NCBI GenBank assembly: GCA_043814095.1
Contig: JBDRKI010000124.1
Span: 1 to 28,851 of the forward strand
Direction of reading: 5' to 3'
From: Armatimonadota bacterium
GTDB lineage: Bacteria; Vulcanimicrobiota; JACPDS01; JBDRKI01
DNA: 28,851 nucleotides
Below, piece after piece: positions 8,233 through 16,369 of the stretch. The position numbers were made by a program, and so were the translations under genes. Under the pieces are notes generated by a model. The model saw only the letters and a list, made by a program, of their open reading frames with translations, ran no database searches and was not told the origin of the DNA. Every line of letters starts with the position of its first letter. Position 1 is the stretch's first letter.

Positions 8233-9315
8233 ATGGACAATAAACCTATTAAAATACTTCTTATAGAAGATAATCCCGGTGATGCGCATCTTATGAAGAT
8301 TCTTTTAACCAGCAAGTATCCGGGCAGTTTTGATATTGTGCATGCCGAAACTCTTGATGATGCCTTTAAAGAGTTAGATAGCGGGACATTTGATGTAATA
8401 ATGTCTGATTTAGGGCTTCCTGACAGCCAGGGACTTGATACCGTCAGGAGCTTGAAACAAAAAGAAGTTGATCTGCCAATAGTTGTCCTTACAAGTCTTA
8501 ATGATGAAGATATTGCGCTGGCGGCGGTGAAAGAAGGCGCGCAGGATTATATGGTTAAGGGAAGCGCGGACAGCCTTATGTTTATCCGTTCAATTAAATA
8601 TGCCATAGAACGCCATAAACTCCAGAAAGAGATAGAAGCCATGAGGGAAGAGTTTATAGCTACCCTTACCCATGATCTTAAAACACCCATAGTTTCAATG
8701 ATGGGATTTACAGAACTGGTTTTAGATCCGGATTTTGGCCCCATATCGGATGAAAAAGTTGGGTATGTGAATAATATTAAATTTTCGGGGAAGATACTTA
8801 TTAATATGATAAACAATATAGTGCAATCTTCCCGTATTGAGCAGGGACAGTTTAAGATAATATATGATAATTTTTCATTAACAAAGCTTTTAGATGAAAT
8901 CAAAGAAGCTTTTTATCCGCTCAGCGTTATGCAGAAAGTTTCCCTGGAATTTAAATGCCCCGAAGATATATTGGTTTATGCTGATTTAAACAAAACAAGA
9001 CAGGTTTTCCATAATCTTATAAGCAATGCTTTTAAGTTTATCCCAGAGAATGGTACGATATCCATAGAAGTTACTCTAAAAGACAGTCTTATAGATATTA
9101 CCGTATCTGATACGGGAAAGGGTATATCTAAGGAAGAACAAAACAAAATTTTTGAAAAGTTCGGACAGGCAGAAGGAGAAAGACGGGGCTCGGGACTCGG
9201 TCTTTATATAGTAAAAAAGATACTTGAAGAACATGATACCGATATCCGTATGGAGTCCGAACCCGGTAAAGGTACTAAGTTTTTCTTTTCATTAAAAAAA
9301 GGAGAAAAAGAGTAA
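8233..9315 (+). CDS. Hybrid response regulator-histidine kinase (REC-HisKA-HATPase)
   Basis: The N-terminal REC has LLIEDNPGD, SDLGLPDSQG and GAQDYMVK. The kinase part has H-box THDLKTP, N-box NLISNAFKF, DTGKGI and GSGLGL. Confidence 0.92.
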   Translation: MDNKPIKILLIEDNPGDAHLMKILLTSKYPGSFDIVHAETLDDAFKELDSGTFDVIMSDLGLPDSQGLDTVRSLKQKEVDLPIVVLTSLNDEDIALAAVKEGAQDYMVKGSADSLMFIRSIKYAIERHKLQKEIEAMREEFIATLTHDLKTPIVSMMGFTELVLDPDFGPISDEKVGYVNNIKFSGKILINMINNIVQSSRIEQGQFKIIYDNFSLTKLLDEIKEAFYPLSVMQKVSLEFKCPEDILVYADLNKTRQVFHNLISNAFKFIPENGTISIEVTLKDSLIDITVSDTGKGISKEEQNKIFEKFGQAEGERRGSGLGLYIVKKILEEHDTDIRMESEPGKGTKFFFSLKKGEKE

Positions 9316-9333
9316 GCCTTTGTCTCCTTTTTT
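9295..9333. terminator. Probable bidirectional intrinsic terminator between the signalling operon and fbaB
   Basis: An inverted repeat, AAAAAAGGAGA...TCTCCTTTTTT, lies at the junction of convergent genes. Confidence 0.6.
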
Positions 9334-9347
9334 ATTTTCTTTCTTTT

Positions 9348-10400
9348 CTACGCTATATCAATTGATTTATCCAGGTATACATCCTGTATCGCATTAAGGA
9401 TTTCTATTCCTTCTTTCATCGGCTTCTGGAATGCTTTCCTGCCGGATATAAGTCCTGTACCACCGGCTCTTTTATTGATAACGGCTGTTTTTACAGCCTG
9501 CTGGAGATCGTTTTCCCCCGAAGGTCCGCCTGAGTTTATAAGCCCGGCTCTGCCCATATAGCAGTTTACAACCTGCCATCTTGTAAGGTCTATGGGATGG
9601 TCTGTCGTTAGTTTTTCATATACAAGCTTGCTTGTTTTGCCGAAACCGATTGCCGTAAACCCGCCGTTATTTTCAGGGAGCTTCTGCTTTATAATATCCG
9701 CTTCTATCGTAACTCCCAGATGGTTTGCCTGGCCGGTAAGGTCGGCGGAGGCGTGGTAGTCAACACCGTCTTTCTTAAATGCGTCGTTTCTAAGGTAACA
9801 CCACAGGATTGTGACCAGTCCTATCTTATGCGCGTGTTCAAACGCGAGAGATATCTCTTCTATCTGGCGCCTTGATTCTTCGGAGCCGAAATAAATCGTA
9901 GCGCCTATGGCAGCCGCGCCCATGTTAAACGCCTGTTCAACAGATGCGAATAATCTCTGATCGTATGTATTGGGGTAGCTTAAAAGTTCATTATGATTTA
10001 TTTTTAATATGAAAGGTATTTTATGGGCATATTTTCTTGAAACAGAGCCGAGCACACCCAGAGTTGATGCAACCGCGTTGCATCCGCCTTCAATTGCCAG
10101 CTTTACGATATTTTCAGGGTCAAAATAAATAGGGTTAGGAGCAAAACTTGCCGCAGCGGAATGTTCTATTCCCTGGTCAACGGGCAGTATCGATAAATAA
10201 CCCGTGCCCGCCAGGCGTCCGTGATTAAATATATTATGCATGTTTCTTAAAACATTATTGGATCTGTCTGACGGTATGAATATGTCGTCTATAAAATCAG
10301 CCCCCGGTATATGAATCTGATCCTTGCTTACGGTAGTACACCTGTGATCAAGCAGGTAGCCTGCATCTTTACCTAAGATTTTCTCAATATTATTTGACAT
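9348..10400 (-). CDS. fbaB: Class I fructose-bisphosphate aldolase (DhnA/FbaB)
   Basis: It has [38 protein letters not shown], the Schiff-base region ADIIKQK, INSGG and ISGRKAFQ. Length is 350 aa, with a GGAGG RBS. Confidence 0.96.
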   Translation of the reverse strand: MSNNIEKILGKDAGYLLDHRCTTVSKDQIHIPGADFIDDIFIPSDRSNNVLRNMHNIFNHGRLAGTGYLSILPVDQGIEHSAAASFAPNPIYFDPENIVKLAIEGGCNAVASTLGVLGSVSRKYAHKIPFILKINHNELLSYPNTYDQRLFASVEQAFNMGAAAIGATIYFGSEESRRQIEEISLAFEHAHKIGLVTILWCYLRNDAFKKDGVDYHASADLTGQANHLGVTIEADIIKQKLPENNGGFTAIGFGKTSKLVYEKLTTDHPIDLTRWQVVNCYMGRAGLINSGGPSGENDLQQAVKTAVINKRAGGTGLISGRKAFQKPMKEGIEILNAIQDVYLDKSIDIA

Positions 10401-10528
10401 AAATACCTCCTGTGTTTTTTATTTATAATAACTTCTGATTTAAAAGGATATTTTCCTTTAATTAATTTAATAAAGGATTAATAAGTAAAAATTAAGAATC
10501 TTAGTAAAATAAGCGAAAGGGGATTTAT

Positions 10529-11674
10529 ATGAGAAAATATTTATTATTAATAATGATTTGTATTTTTGTATTATCATTGGTATCTTACGCGGATATTACG
10601 GAGAAAGTAGCGGAAGTTGCCGCTGTTGAAGGGGTGCTGGAAGTAAAAAGGATTGATAAAGACGCATGGAACAGCGCTCCTGTTAAATCACCCGGATATA
10701 TTGAAGATGAGTTTAAAACAGGAGAGAATTCTGTTGCCGATATTGAATTTCTTGCGGGCGGCCATGTAGGTCTTAATACAAATACCGCGATTAAGATAAC
10801 GGGCATAAGGCAGGCTGAGGATGTTACGGAAAGATCCTTACTCCAGAAGATAATATTGAATACAGGCGCCATATGGACAAAATTCACCGATCAGGATAAA
10901 AAAATAGAGTTCCAGACAAAAAGCGGTGTTCTGGCGATTAAGGGTACTGAGTTTGTAATGGAAGAGAATACAGAATCAAAAAAGACAGAAGTTTACGTAT
11001 TAGAGGGAGAGGTCGCTTATAATACAGCAGGTTCGGTTATATCGGCTAAAGCAGGGGACAAGATAACAATACCGTGGGAAGATGTGCCTGTTGTACATCA
11101 TTACAAGCCGGAAGAGTTAAGGAAAGAATGTGAGAATAAATATTCCGAATTATACGGGGCGCTTAAAAATATCTTAAACTTTATCTCAATGGCGCAGTCT
11201 TTATCAGGAGGCAGCTTTATTGATTCGGGCTCCATGTATTACGGCTATATGGCGGCTGAAGTTATAAACGACCCCAACGAAGCGGTTAAAAATTATGCCG
11301 TAAGCGAAGCTTCAAAACATGTCCCGGGTCCTTTCGGTTCCATACTGGGATCTGCGGTACGCTCGGAAAGCAAGAAAAAGAAAGAACCGGATTTCCCGGT
11401 TGATTTAAATCCTAATCAGAATACTATTTCTTCCGAAAACCTTAACTTTACATGGAAACCGTATAAAGGTGCGGATTCTTACTGGATATTTGTAAGCCCG
11501 CGTGAAGACATGAAAGAACTGTATTGGGCCCAGCAGGTCTTAGAATCCAAAGCCGGGTATCCCTCATGGGCAAAGAATCTGGAAGAAGGTCAGAAATACT
11601 ACTGGCGGGTTATAGCCTCAAAAGGCGATAAACCCTTAGGAAAAGCGTCACAGACATTTTTCTGTGTTAAATAA
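10529..11674 (+). CDS. Exported FecR-domain protein with a C-terminal Ig/fibronectin-III-like domain
   Basis: It has an N-terminal signal peptide and FecR motifs (FKTGENSVADI, VLAIKGTEF, VYVLEGEV). The C-terminal FTWKP...Y...LEEGQKYYWRV pattern is Fn3-like. Confidence 0.8.
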   Translation: MRKYLLLIMICIFVLSLVSYADITEKVAEVAAVEGVLEVKRIDKDAWNSAPVKSPGYIEDEFKTGENSVADIEFLAGGHVGLNTNTAIKITGIRQAEDVTERSLLQKIILNTGAIWTKFTDQDKKIEFQTKSGVLAIKGTEFVMEENTESKKTEVYVLEGEVAYNTAGSVISAKAGDKITIPWEDVPVVHHYKPEELRKECENKYSELYGALKNILNFISMAQSLSGGSFIDSGSMYYGYMAAEVINDPNEAVKNYAVSEASKHVPGPFGSILGSAVRSESKKKKEPDFPVDLNPNQNTISSENLNFTWKPYKGADSYWIFVSPREDMKELYWAQQVLESKAGYPSWAKNLEEGQKYYWRVIASKGDKPLGKASQTFFCVK

Positions 11675-11692
11675 GACGGAGAATTTTAATTT

Positions 11693-13486
11693 ATGCTTCC
11701 TGAAAAAAGGTACATATTATTTTTTGCCATAGCTCTTCTTATTACAATGGGGATATGTTTTACTCCCGTGGCCGAGAAATGGGAGCTCTGGAGTTTTGAT
11801 TACAGGTTAAATATTACCGACAGCGTGAAAACGCTTGATGACCGCGTAAGGATTATAGGGATTGATGTCCAAGCCCTGGAGATATACGGGCAGTGGCCCT
11901 GGGCAAGAAAGGTACACGCGGAAATAGTTGATAAACTGTCTTTAATGGGTGTTAACTCTGTCGCGTATGATATTCTATTTGACACCCCGAGCAGGTTTGG
12001 AGTTAAAGACGATGAAATTTTTGCGCTGTCTTTGAAAAAATCAGGCAGGGTTATACTCCCCTTTAAGTTTGAGGATAAGCAGAATATAACAGGCTGTAAA
12101 ATTTTATATCCTGTACCCATAATTAAGGATTCCGCGGCGTCTCTCGGCTTTGCCGACAGCATCATGGATATTGACGGCAAGCTAAGGAAGGCATATCTTG
12201 CTTATACAGTCAAAGGAAAAATCTATCCATCGCTTGATTTAGCCGTGTTTGCTTTTATTAACGGCATTAAGCAGGAAGATATAAAGTATTCCAAAGATAA
12301 AATAACTGTAGGAACCCTTGTTATACCTACGGATAAAAATTATAGTTATTACATTAACTTTGCGGATGAAGATCTCTTAATAGGCCAGGGTTTAAGCAGG
12401 TCAAGTGCTTTTGACGCGGTAAGCGTTAAAAGAATAATGGATATGGATAAAAGCTCCGGATTATATAAAGGTTCCGTCTGTTTTGTGGGCGCGACGGATG
12501 AAGGGCTTAAGGATTATTTTACCACTCCTGTAGGTTATATATCAGGGGTGGCTGTACACGCCAATATATTAAACAGTCTTATTAAAAAATACTTCATACG
12601 CAGGGCCGGTTCCGGGTATGAAGCTCTTCTATGGATTCTTCTTATAATTATAGGTATTTTTGTCTTTCCTAAAACCCGCGGTTATAAAAGTGTGGCATTA
12701 TTTATTTCTTTGCTGGTATTCTACATTGTTTTTAACTTTATTTTATTCAGTTCCGGCTGGTGGCTTAACCTTGTTTATCCCCTTATATATCTTTTCATAG
12801 TCTTTTCATTTACCCAGAGCTACCAGTTCGCGAAAACAAGGAAGCTTTTCGGTCAGTTTGTGGCTCAGGAGTTTGTTGATGAGATGCTTGATAAAGAAGC
12901 GAAGCAGAAGCTCGGCGGGGAAGAGAAAGAAGTAACCGTTCTCTTCTCTGACATAAGGGGGTATACGGATCTATCGGAGAAAATGGAGCCCAAACAGATA
13001 ATGGAGCTTTTAAACCAGTACCATTCAAAGATGGGCGAGATATTTGCCGTTAATAAAGGCAGGATATTTGATTACCAGGGTGACGCGCAGATGGTTGTTT
13101 TCGGCGCTCCTGCCGAGTTAAAGGATCACGCTTATTTTGCGGTAAAAGCCGCCTGGCAGATGAAGAAAGAGATAGAGAATTTAAAATCAGCCTGGAGGGA
13201 GATTATACCCGGTGAATTCAGCGTGGGTATCGGTTTATGCACGGGAAGAGTCGCAGTCGGCCTTGTCGGGGCAGAAGAGCATAAACAGTATGTGGCGATA
13301 GGGGATTCGACGAATACGGCAAGCCGGCTTCAGGGGCTTTCGGGACAGCTCGGATGCAGTATACTTATGACCGAGTCCACTTACCTTAAGGTGAAAGACA
13401 GAGCTGAAGTTAAAGTGTTTGAAAATATTTCAATAAAAGGCAAAGCAGTGCCCGTGACGGTTTACGGTGTTACCGGAATTAAATAA
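11693..13486 (+). CDS. CHASE2-domain membrane class III nucleotide (adenylate/guanylate) cyclase
   Basis: An N-terminal TM precedes CHASE2 (GQWPWAR, YDILFD, DIDGKLR, GVAVHANIL) and three TMs. The catalytic domain has VTVLFSDIRGYT, QGDAQM, GIGLCTG, GDSTNTASRL and IKGK. Confidence 0.92.
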   Translation: MLPEKRYILFFAIALLITMGICFTPVAEKWELWSFDYRLNITDSVKTLDDRVRIIGIDVQALEIYGQWPWARKVHAEIVDKLSLMGVNSVAYDILFDTPSRFGVKDDEIFALSLKKSGRVILPFKFEDKQNITGCKILYPVPIIKDSAASLGFADSIMDIDGKLRKAYLAYTVKGKIYPSLDLAVFAFINGIKQEDIKYSKDKITVGTLVIPTDKNYSYYINFADEDLLIGQGLSRSSAFDAVSVKRIMDMDKSSGLYKGSVCFVGATDEGLKDYFTTPVGYISGVAVHANILNSLIKKYFIRRAGSGYEALLWILLIIIGIFVFPKTRGYKSVALFISLLVFYIVFNFILFSSGWWLNLVYPLIYLFIVFSFTQSYQFAKTRKLFGQFVAQEFVDEMLDKEAKQKLGGEEKEVTVLFSDIRGYTDLSEKMEPKQIMELLNQYHSKMGEIFAVNKGRIFDYQGDAQMVVFGAPAELKDHAYFAVKAAWQMKKEIENLKSAWREIIPGEFSVGIGLCTGRVAVGLVGAEEHKQYVAIGDSTNTASRLQGLSGQLGCSILMTESTYLKVKDRAEVKVFENISIKGKAVPVTVYGVTGIK

Positions 13487-13540
13487 AAATTTGCGTAAAT
13501 TATAAAAAGTTATATAATTATTAAAAGGCTGTAATTAACT

Positions 13541-14938
13541 ATGATAAGAAATATGCTGAAAAAACTGGTAGAAGAAGAGATAATGTTTGTCTCTGTTATT
13601 AAATGGGTATTTCTGGCATCTGTTGTCGGCGTTATTGTAGGTTTCTCAACAGCCATGTTTTTAAAACTTCTTAAATGGTGTGTTGTATCAGCCCAGGGCC
13701 TCCCTTACCATTATTATTTTCTTCTTCCGCTGGGCCTCTTTTTCAGTTCTTTAATAATAAAATACCTGGCGCCTGACGCCAAAGGCCACGGCACCGAGAA
13801 GGTTATAGAAGCCGTGCACAAAAACTGGGGAAGAATAAAAGCAGCTGTGGTCCCCGTTAAGCTTATTGCCACTCTTGCCACAATAGCGGTAGGCGGTTCT
13901 GTGGGTAAAGAAGGTCCATGCGCCCAGATAGGCGCCGGGCTTTCGTCTATGTTTGCGAACCTGCTGAAATTTGACAAAAGAGATCATAAACGGCTTGTTA
14001 TCTGCGGTATAAGCGCGGGATTTGCGGCTGTTTTCGGCACGCCTATCGCGGGGGCTGTTTTCGGGGTAGAGGTCCTTTTTGTGGGCGGGATTATGTATGA
14101 AGTGCTCCTCCCTTCTTTTATATCGGGTATTATTGCTTACCAGACAGCCACGGCTTTCGGTATTGAATATCTTTTTCACCCCATAAAGGTAATTCACGCT
14201 TTTGACCCGCCGTTTTTTGTGGAAGTTGTCATAGCCGGCATTTTCTTCGGGATATGCGCCTTCCTGCTTATAGAATGCATGAACCTTACGGACGCCATAG
14301 CCAAGAAAATTAATATATGGGAGCCGTTAAAGGGTCTTATCGGCGGTATTGTACTGATAATCTTAGTCAGGATGTTCAGCGAGAATTACCTGGGGCTTGG
14401 TTTAAATATAATTGATAACTGTATAAACGGTTCCAATATAATCTGGTATATGTTTTTAATGAAAATAATATTTACCAGCATAACTTTAAGTTTCGGAGGA
14501 AGCGGCGGCATTGTGACTCCCATATTTTTTATAGGGGCAACCGCCGGTTCTTTATTTGCTTCTATTTTCGGATTAAGGGAAGTTACGTTTTCCGCGATAG
14601 GCCTTGTCGCTGTGCTTGCCGGAGCGGCTAACACCCCCATAGCGGCAAGCATCATGGCCATGGAATACTTCGGTCCGAATATAGCGCCGTACGCGGCCGT
14701 AGCGTGCGTTGTAAGCTTTCTTATGACCGGACACAGGAGTGTTTATCCCTCCCAGATACTTGCCATGCATAAATCCACATCCATAGAAGTGCCGATGGGT
14801 AAAGATATAGTATATGTTGATCCGCACTTTAAGCCGAGGAGAAAAGGATGGATAACAAGTATTTTAATTGCCTCTGAAAAATTAGTTGACATGGTAAAAA
14901 AGAATATAATTAAAAAGCTCAAAAAAAAGAAAAAGTAA
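13541..14938 (+). CDS. CLC family anion channel/H+ antiporter (no CBS domains)
   Basis: Motifs are GHGTE, GGSVGKEGP, GISAGFAAVFGTPIAG, GGSGGIVTP, AANTPIA and SVYPSQ, and the protein is highly hydrophobic. A candidate promoter TTGCGT-16-TATAAT lies at 13491-13518. Confidence 0.9.
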   Translation: MIRNMLKKLVEEEIMFVSVIKWVFLASVVGVIVGFSTAMFLKLLKWCVVSAQGLPYHYYFLLPLGLFFSSLIIKYLAPDAKGHGTEKVIEAVHKNWGRIKAAVVPVKLIATLATIAVGGSVGKEGPCAQIGAGLSSMFANLLKFDKRDHKRLVICGISAGFAAVFGTPIAGAVFGVEVLFVGGIMYEVLLPSFISGIIAYQTATAFGIEYLFHPIKVIHAFDPPFFVEVVIAGIFFGICAFLLIECMNLTDAIAKKINIWEPLKGLIGGIVLIILVRMFSENYLGLGLNIIDNCINGSNIIWYMFLMKIIFTSITLSFGGSGGIVTPIFFIGATAGSLFASIFGLREVTFSAIGLVAVLAGAANTPIAASIMAMEYFGPNIAPYAAVACVVSFLMTGHRSVYPSQILAMHKSTSIEVPMGKDIVYVDPHFKPRRKGWITSILIASEKLVDMVKKNIIKKLKKKKK

Positions 14939-15051
14939 TTTTTTCTTTTTAAATAAGGATTTTTTGTTCTTTTTACGGCTTGTTTTTGACAAATTTCCTC
15001 ACTTTAATATCATATTTGCTATTAATTATTTATTTCATTCTCCTAAAAAGT

Positions 15052-15112
15052 AAAAAAATTAACAATTTATTAACATTTTTTTAATATTTTTTCAGCTTAT
15101 TCATGATATAAT
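15052..15112 (+). promoter_or_regulatory. Operator-like TTAACA direct repeat plus extended -10 promoter
   Basis: TTAACA occurs at 15059-15064 and 15070-15075 (11-bp period), flanked by A and T runs. TGATATAAT lies at 15104-15112. Confidence 0.5.
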
Positions 15113-15135
15113 TATATTTGAAAGGGTTGATTTGT

Positions 15136-16203
15136 ATGACAGAAGCAGGATCATATATAAATAATCTTCTTTTAAGAGCGACTATGCCGGGCACTACCAG
15201 AGTTCGTATTTTATGGGATAGAGCTTTTAATCCGGAAATATTTCACGGCTATGATGAAGGTATATCTGAAGAAGTATACAAGGGCTTTGTTTTAACAACC
15301 GGGGCGGACTGCAAGAGCCTTAAAGAATTTTTTACAACGGAGAAAGCCGGCAGCAGCCGCACTGTTTATTTTACCGATAAAAGCAGAGCGGTTTACAGGG
15401 CGGATAAGCTTGACGGAAAGAATTATCTTTTTAAGGCCCGATATGAAACAAAGGGCCGGGTTGTTAGTATAAGTTATAATAGTAAAACCAAGGTTACTTC
15501 CTGCAGAATACAGTTAGGCGGCCATTTATTTGCCGATATAATTTCAAAGTATGATCCTTCGTCAGATACCTTTAATCAGACTCTCACATATCCCATAGAA
15601 AAAAAAGCGAAAGGCATTGTAACAAGAAAGTTTAAAAGAGAGCGCATCAACGAGCTTGAGGTGGAGGGCAAGCTCCATAACCGTATAGGAGATATGGTCT
15701 TTAAGCTTTTCTGTGATGAGGTTATATCCGGAGGGAATATTAAAGAAGCCAAAGTCAATTACAGCAAGGGCAGTATATATCCGGTAGTTGATAACGATTC
15801 CGGCAGTAAAACGGAATTCGCGATGGTATGCGCCGCTACCGGGAACCCTAATAGTGATATATGCGAGCTCCGTTTTAAGGATAAACTTGATAAAGAATGG
15901 TATATGGTTTTTAATGATCCCAAAGATCCCGGGATAGCTGAAAAATACTTTAAAAGGAACTTGGCTGATTTCATAAAGGTAAACTTTAATAACGGGTATT
16001 TTCTTGTGCCTTACGCCGACGCGGAACTGACCGATGAGCCTTCATTTGATAATCTGGTGAAAAATGTTTTCGGTAAGAGGCTGGAATCTTTCTTTGAATG
16101 GATTGAAACAAAATTTGACTTTTATATAGAAAATATTGTGCCCGTGGGGAAAGGACCTTCCAATATTGTTGATTATTATGATATTGTGAGAGACTGGGAT
16201 TGA
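15136..16203 (+). CDS. Hypothetical protein (about 355 aa, no recognisable domain)
   Basis: It is a long ORF in AT-rich DNA. The ATG at 15136 follows AAAGGG; the alternative start is TTG at 15118. No signal peptide or TM is evident. Confidence 0.8.
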   Translation: MTEAGSYINNLLLRATMPGTTRVRILWDRAFNPEIFHGYDEGISEEVYKGFVLTTGADCKSLKEFFTTEKAGSSRTVYFTDKSRAVYRADKLDGKNYLFKARYETKGRVVSISYNSKTKVTSCRIQLGGHLFADIISKYDPSSDTFNQTLTYPIEKKAKGIVTRKFKRERINELEVEGKLHNRIGDMVFKLFCDEVISGGNIKEAKVNYSKGSIYPVVDNDSGSKTEFAMVCAATGNPNSDICELRFKDKLDKEWYMVFNDPKDPGIAEKYFKRNLADFIKVNFNNGYFLVPYADAELTDEPSFDNLVKNVFGKRLESFFEWIETKFDFYIENIVPVGKGPSNIVDYYDIVRDWD

Positions 16204-16213
16204 CCCCATAAGG

Positions 16214-16246
16214 GAAAAAATGTTAACAAAATGTTAACATTTTTTC
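16214..16246. repeat. Perfect 15-bp inverted repeat containing two TGTTAACA palindromes
   Basis: GAAAAAATGTTAACA-aaa-TGTTAACATTTTTTC. Confidence 0.85.
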
Positions 16247-16270
16247 AAAGGGTTTTAATCTCAGGTTATG

Positions 16271-16308
16271 TAATAAACCTTATTAATAGAAACTAATAAG
16301 GTTTATTA
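16271..16308. repeat. Perfect 15-bp inverted repeat (hairpin or operator)
   Basis: TAATAAACCTTATTA-atagaaac-TAATAAGGTTTATTA. Confidence 0.85.
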
Positions 16309-16319
16309 TTATGGGGGGA

Positions 16320-16348
16320 TTGACATAAGAGCGGTATTCTGCTAAAAA
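16320..16348 (+). promoter_or_regulatory. Putative sigma70 promoter for 16370..18155
   Basis: TTGACA, 17 bp, TAAAAA with an upstream TG. A GGAGG RBS lies at 16361-16365. Confidence 0.5.
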
Positions 16349-16369
16349 GTTATAAAATCAGGAGGCAGC

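Noticed and set aside
2701-8903. Many antisense ORFs in the signalling operon, including two similar ones at 7000..7515 and 7536..8069
   Set aside because: They lie opposite well-supported genes, and their mutual similarity just mirrors the receiver duplication.
10454-10477. TCCTTTA-N10-TAAAGGA inverted repeat between fbaB and the FecR gene
   Set aside because: The arms are only 7 bp in very AT-rich DNA. It could be an operator but cannot be distinguished from chance.
13487-13540. Fluoride riboswitch upstream of the CLC gene
   Set aside because: The spacer is only 54 bp, very AT-rich, and lacks the GGCGAUG...GAUG core.
16204-16369. CRISPR array, MITE or IS ends in the repeat-rich spacer
   Set aside because: There is no repeat-spacer periodicity, the two inverted repeats are unrelated, and there is no target duplication, cas gene or transposase.
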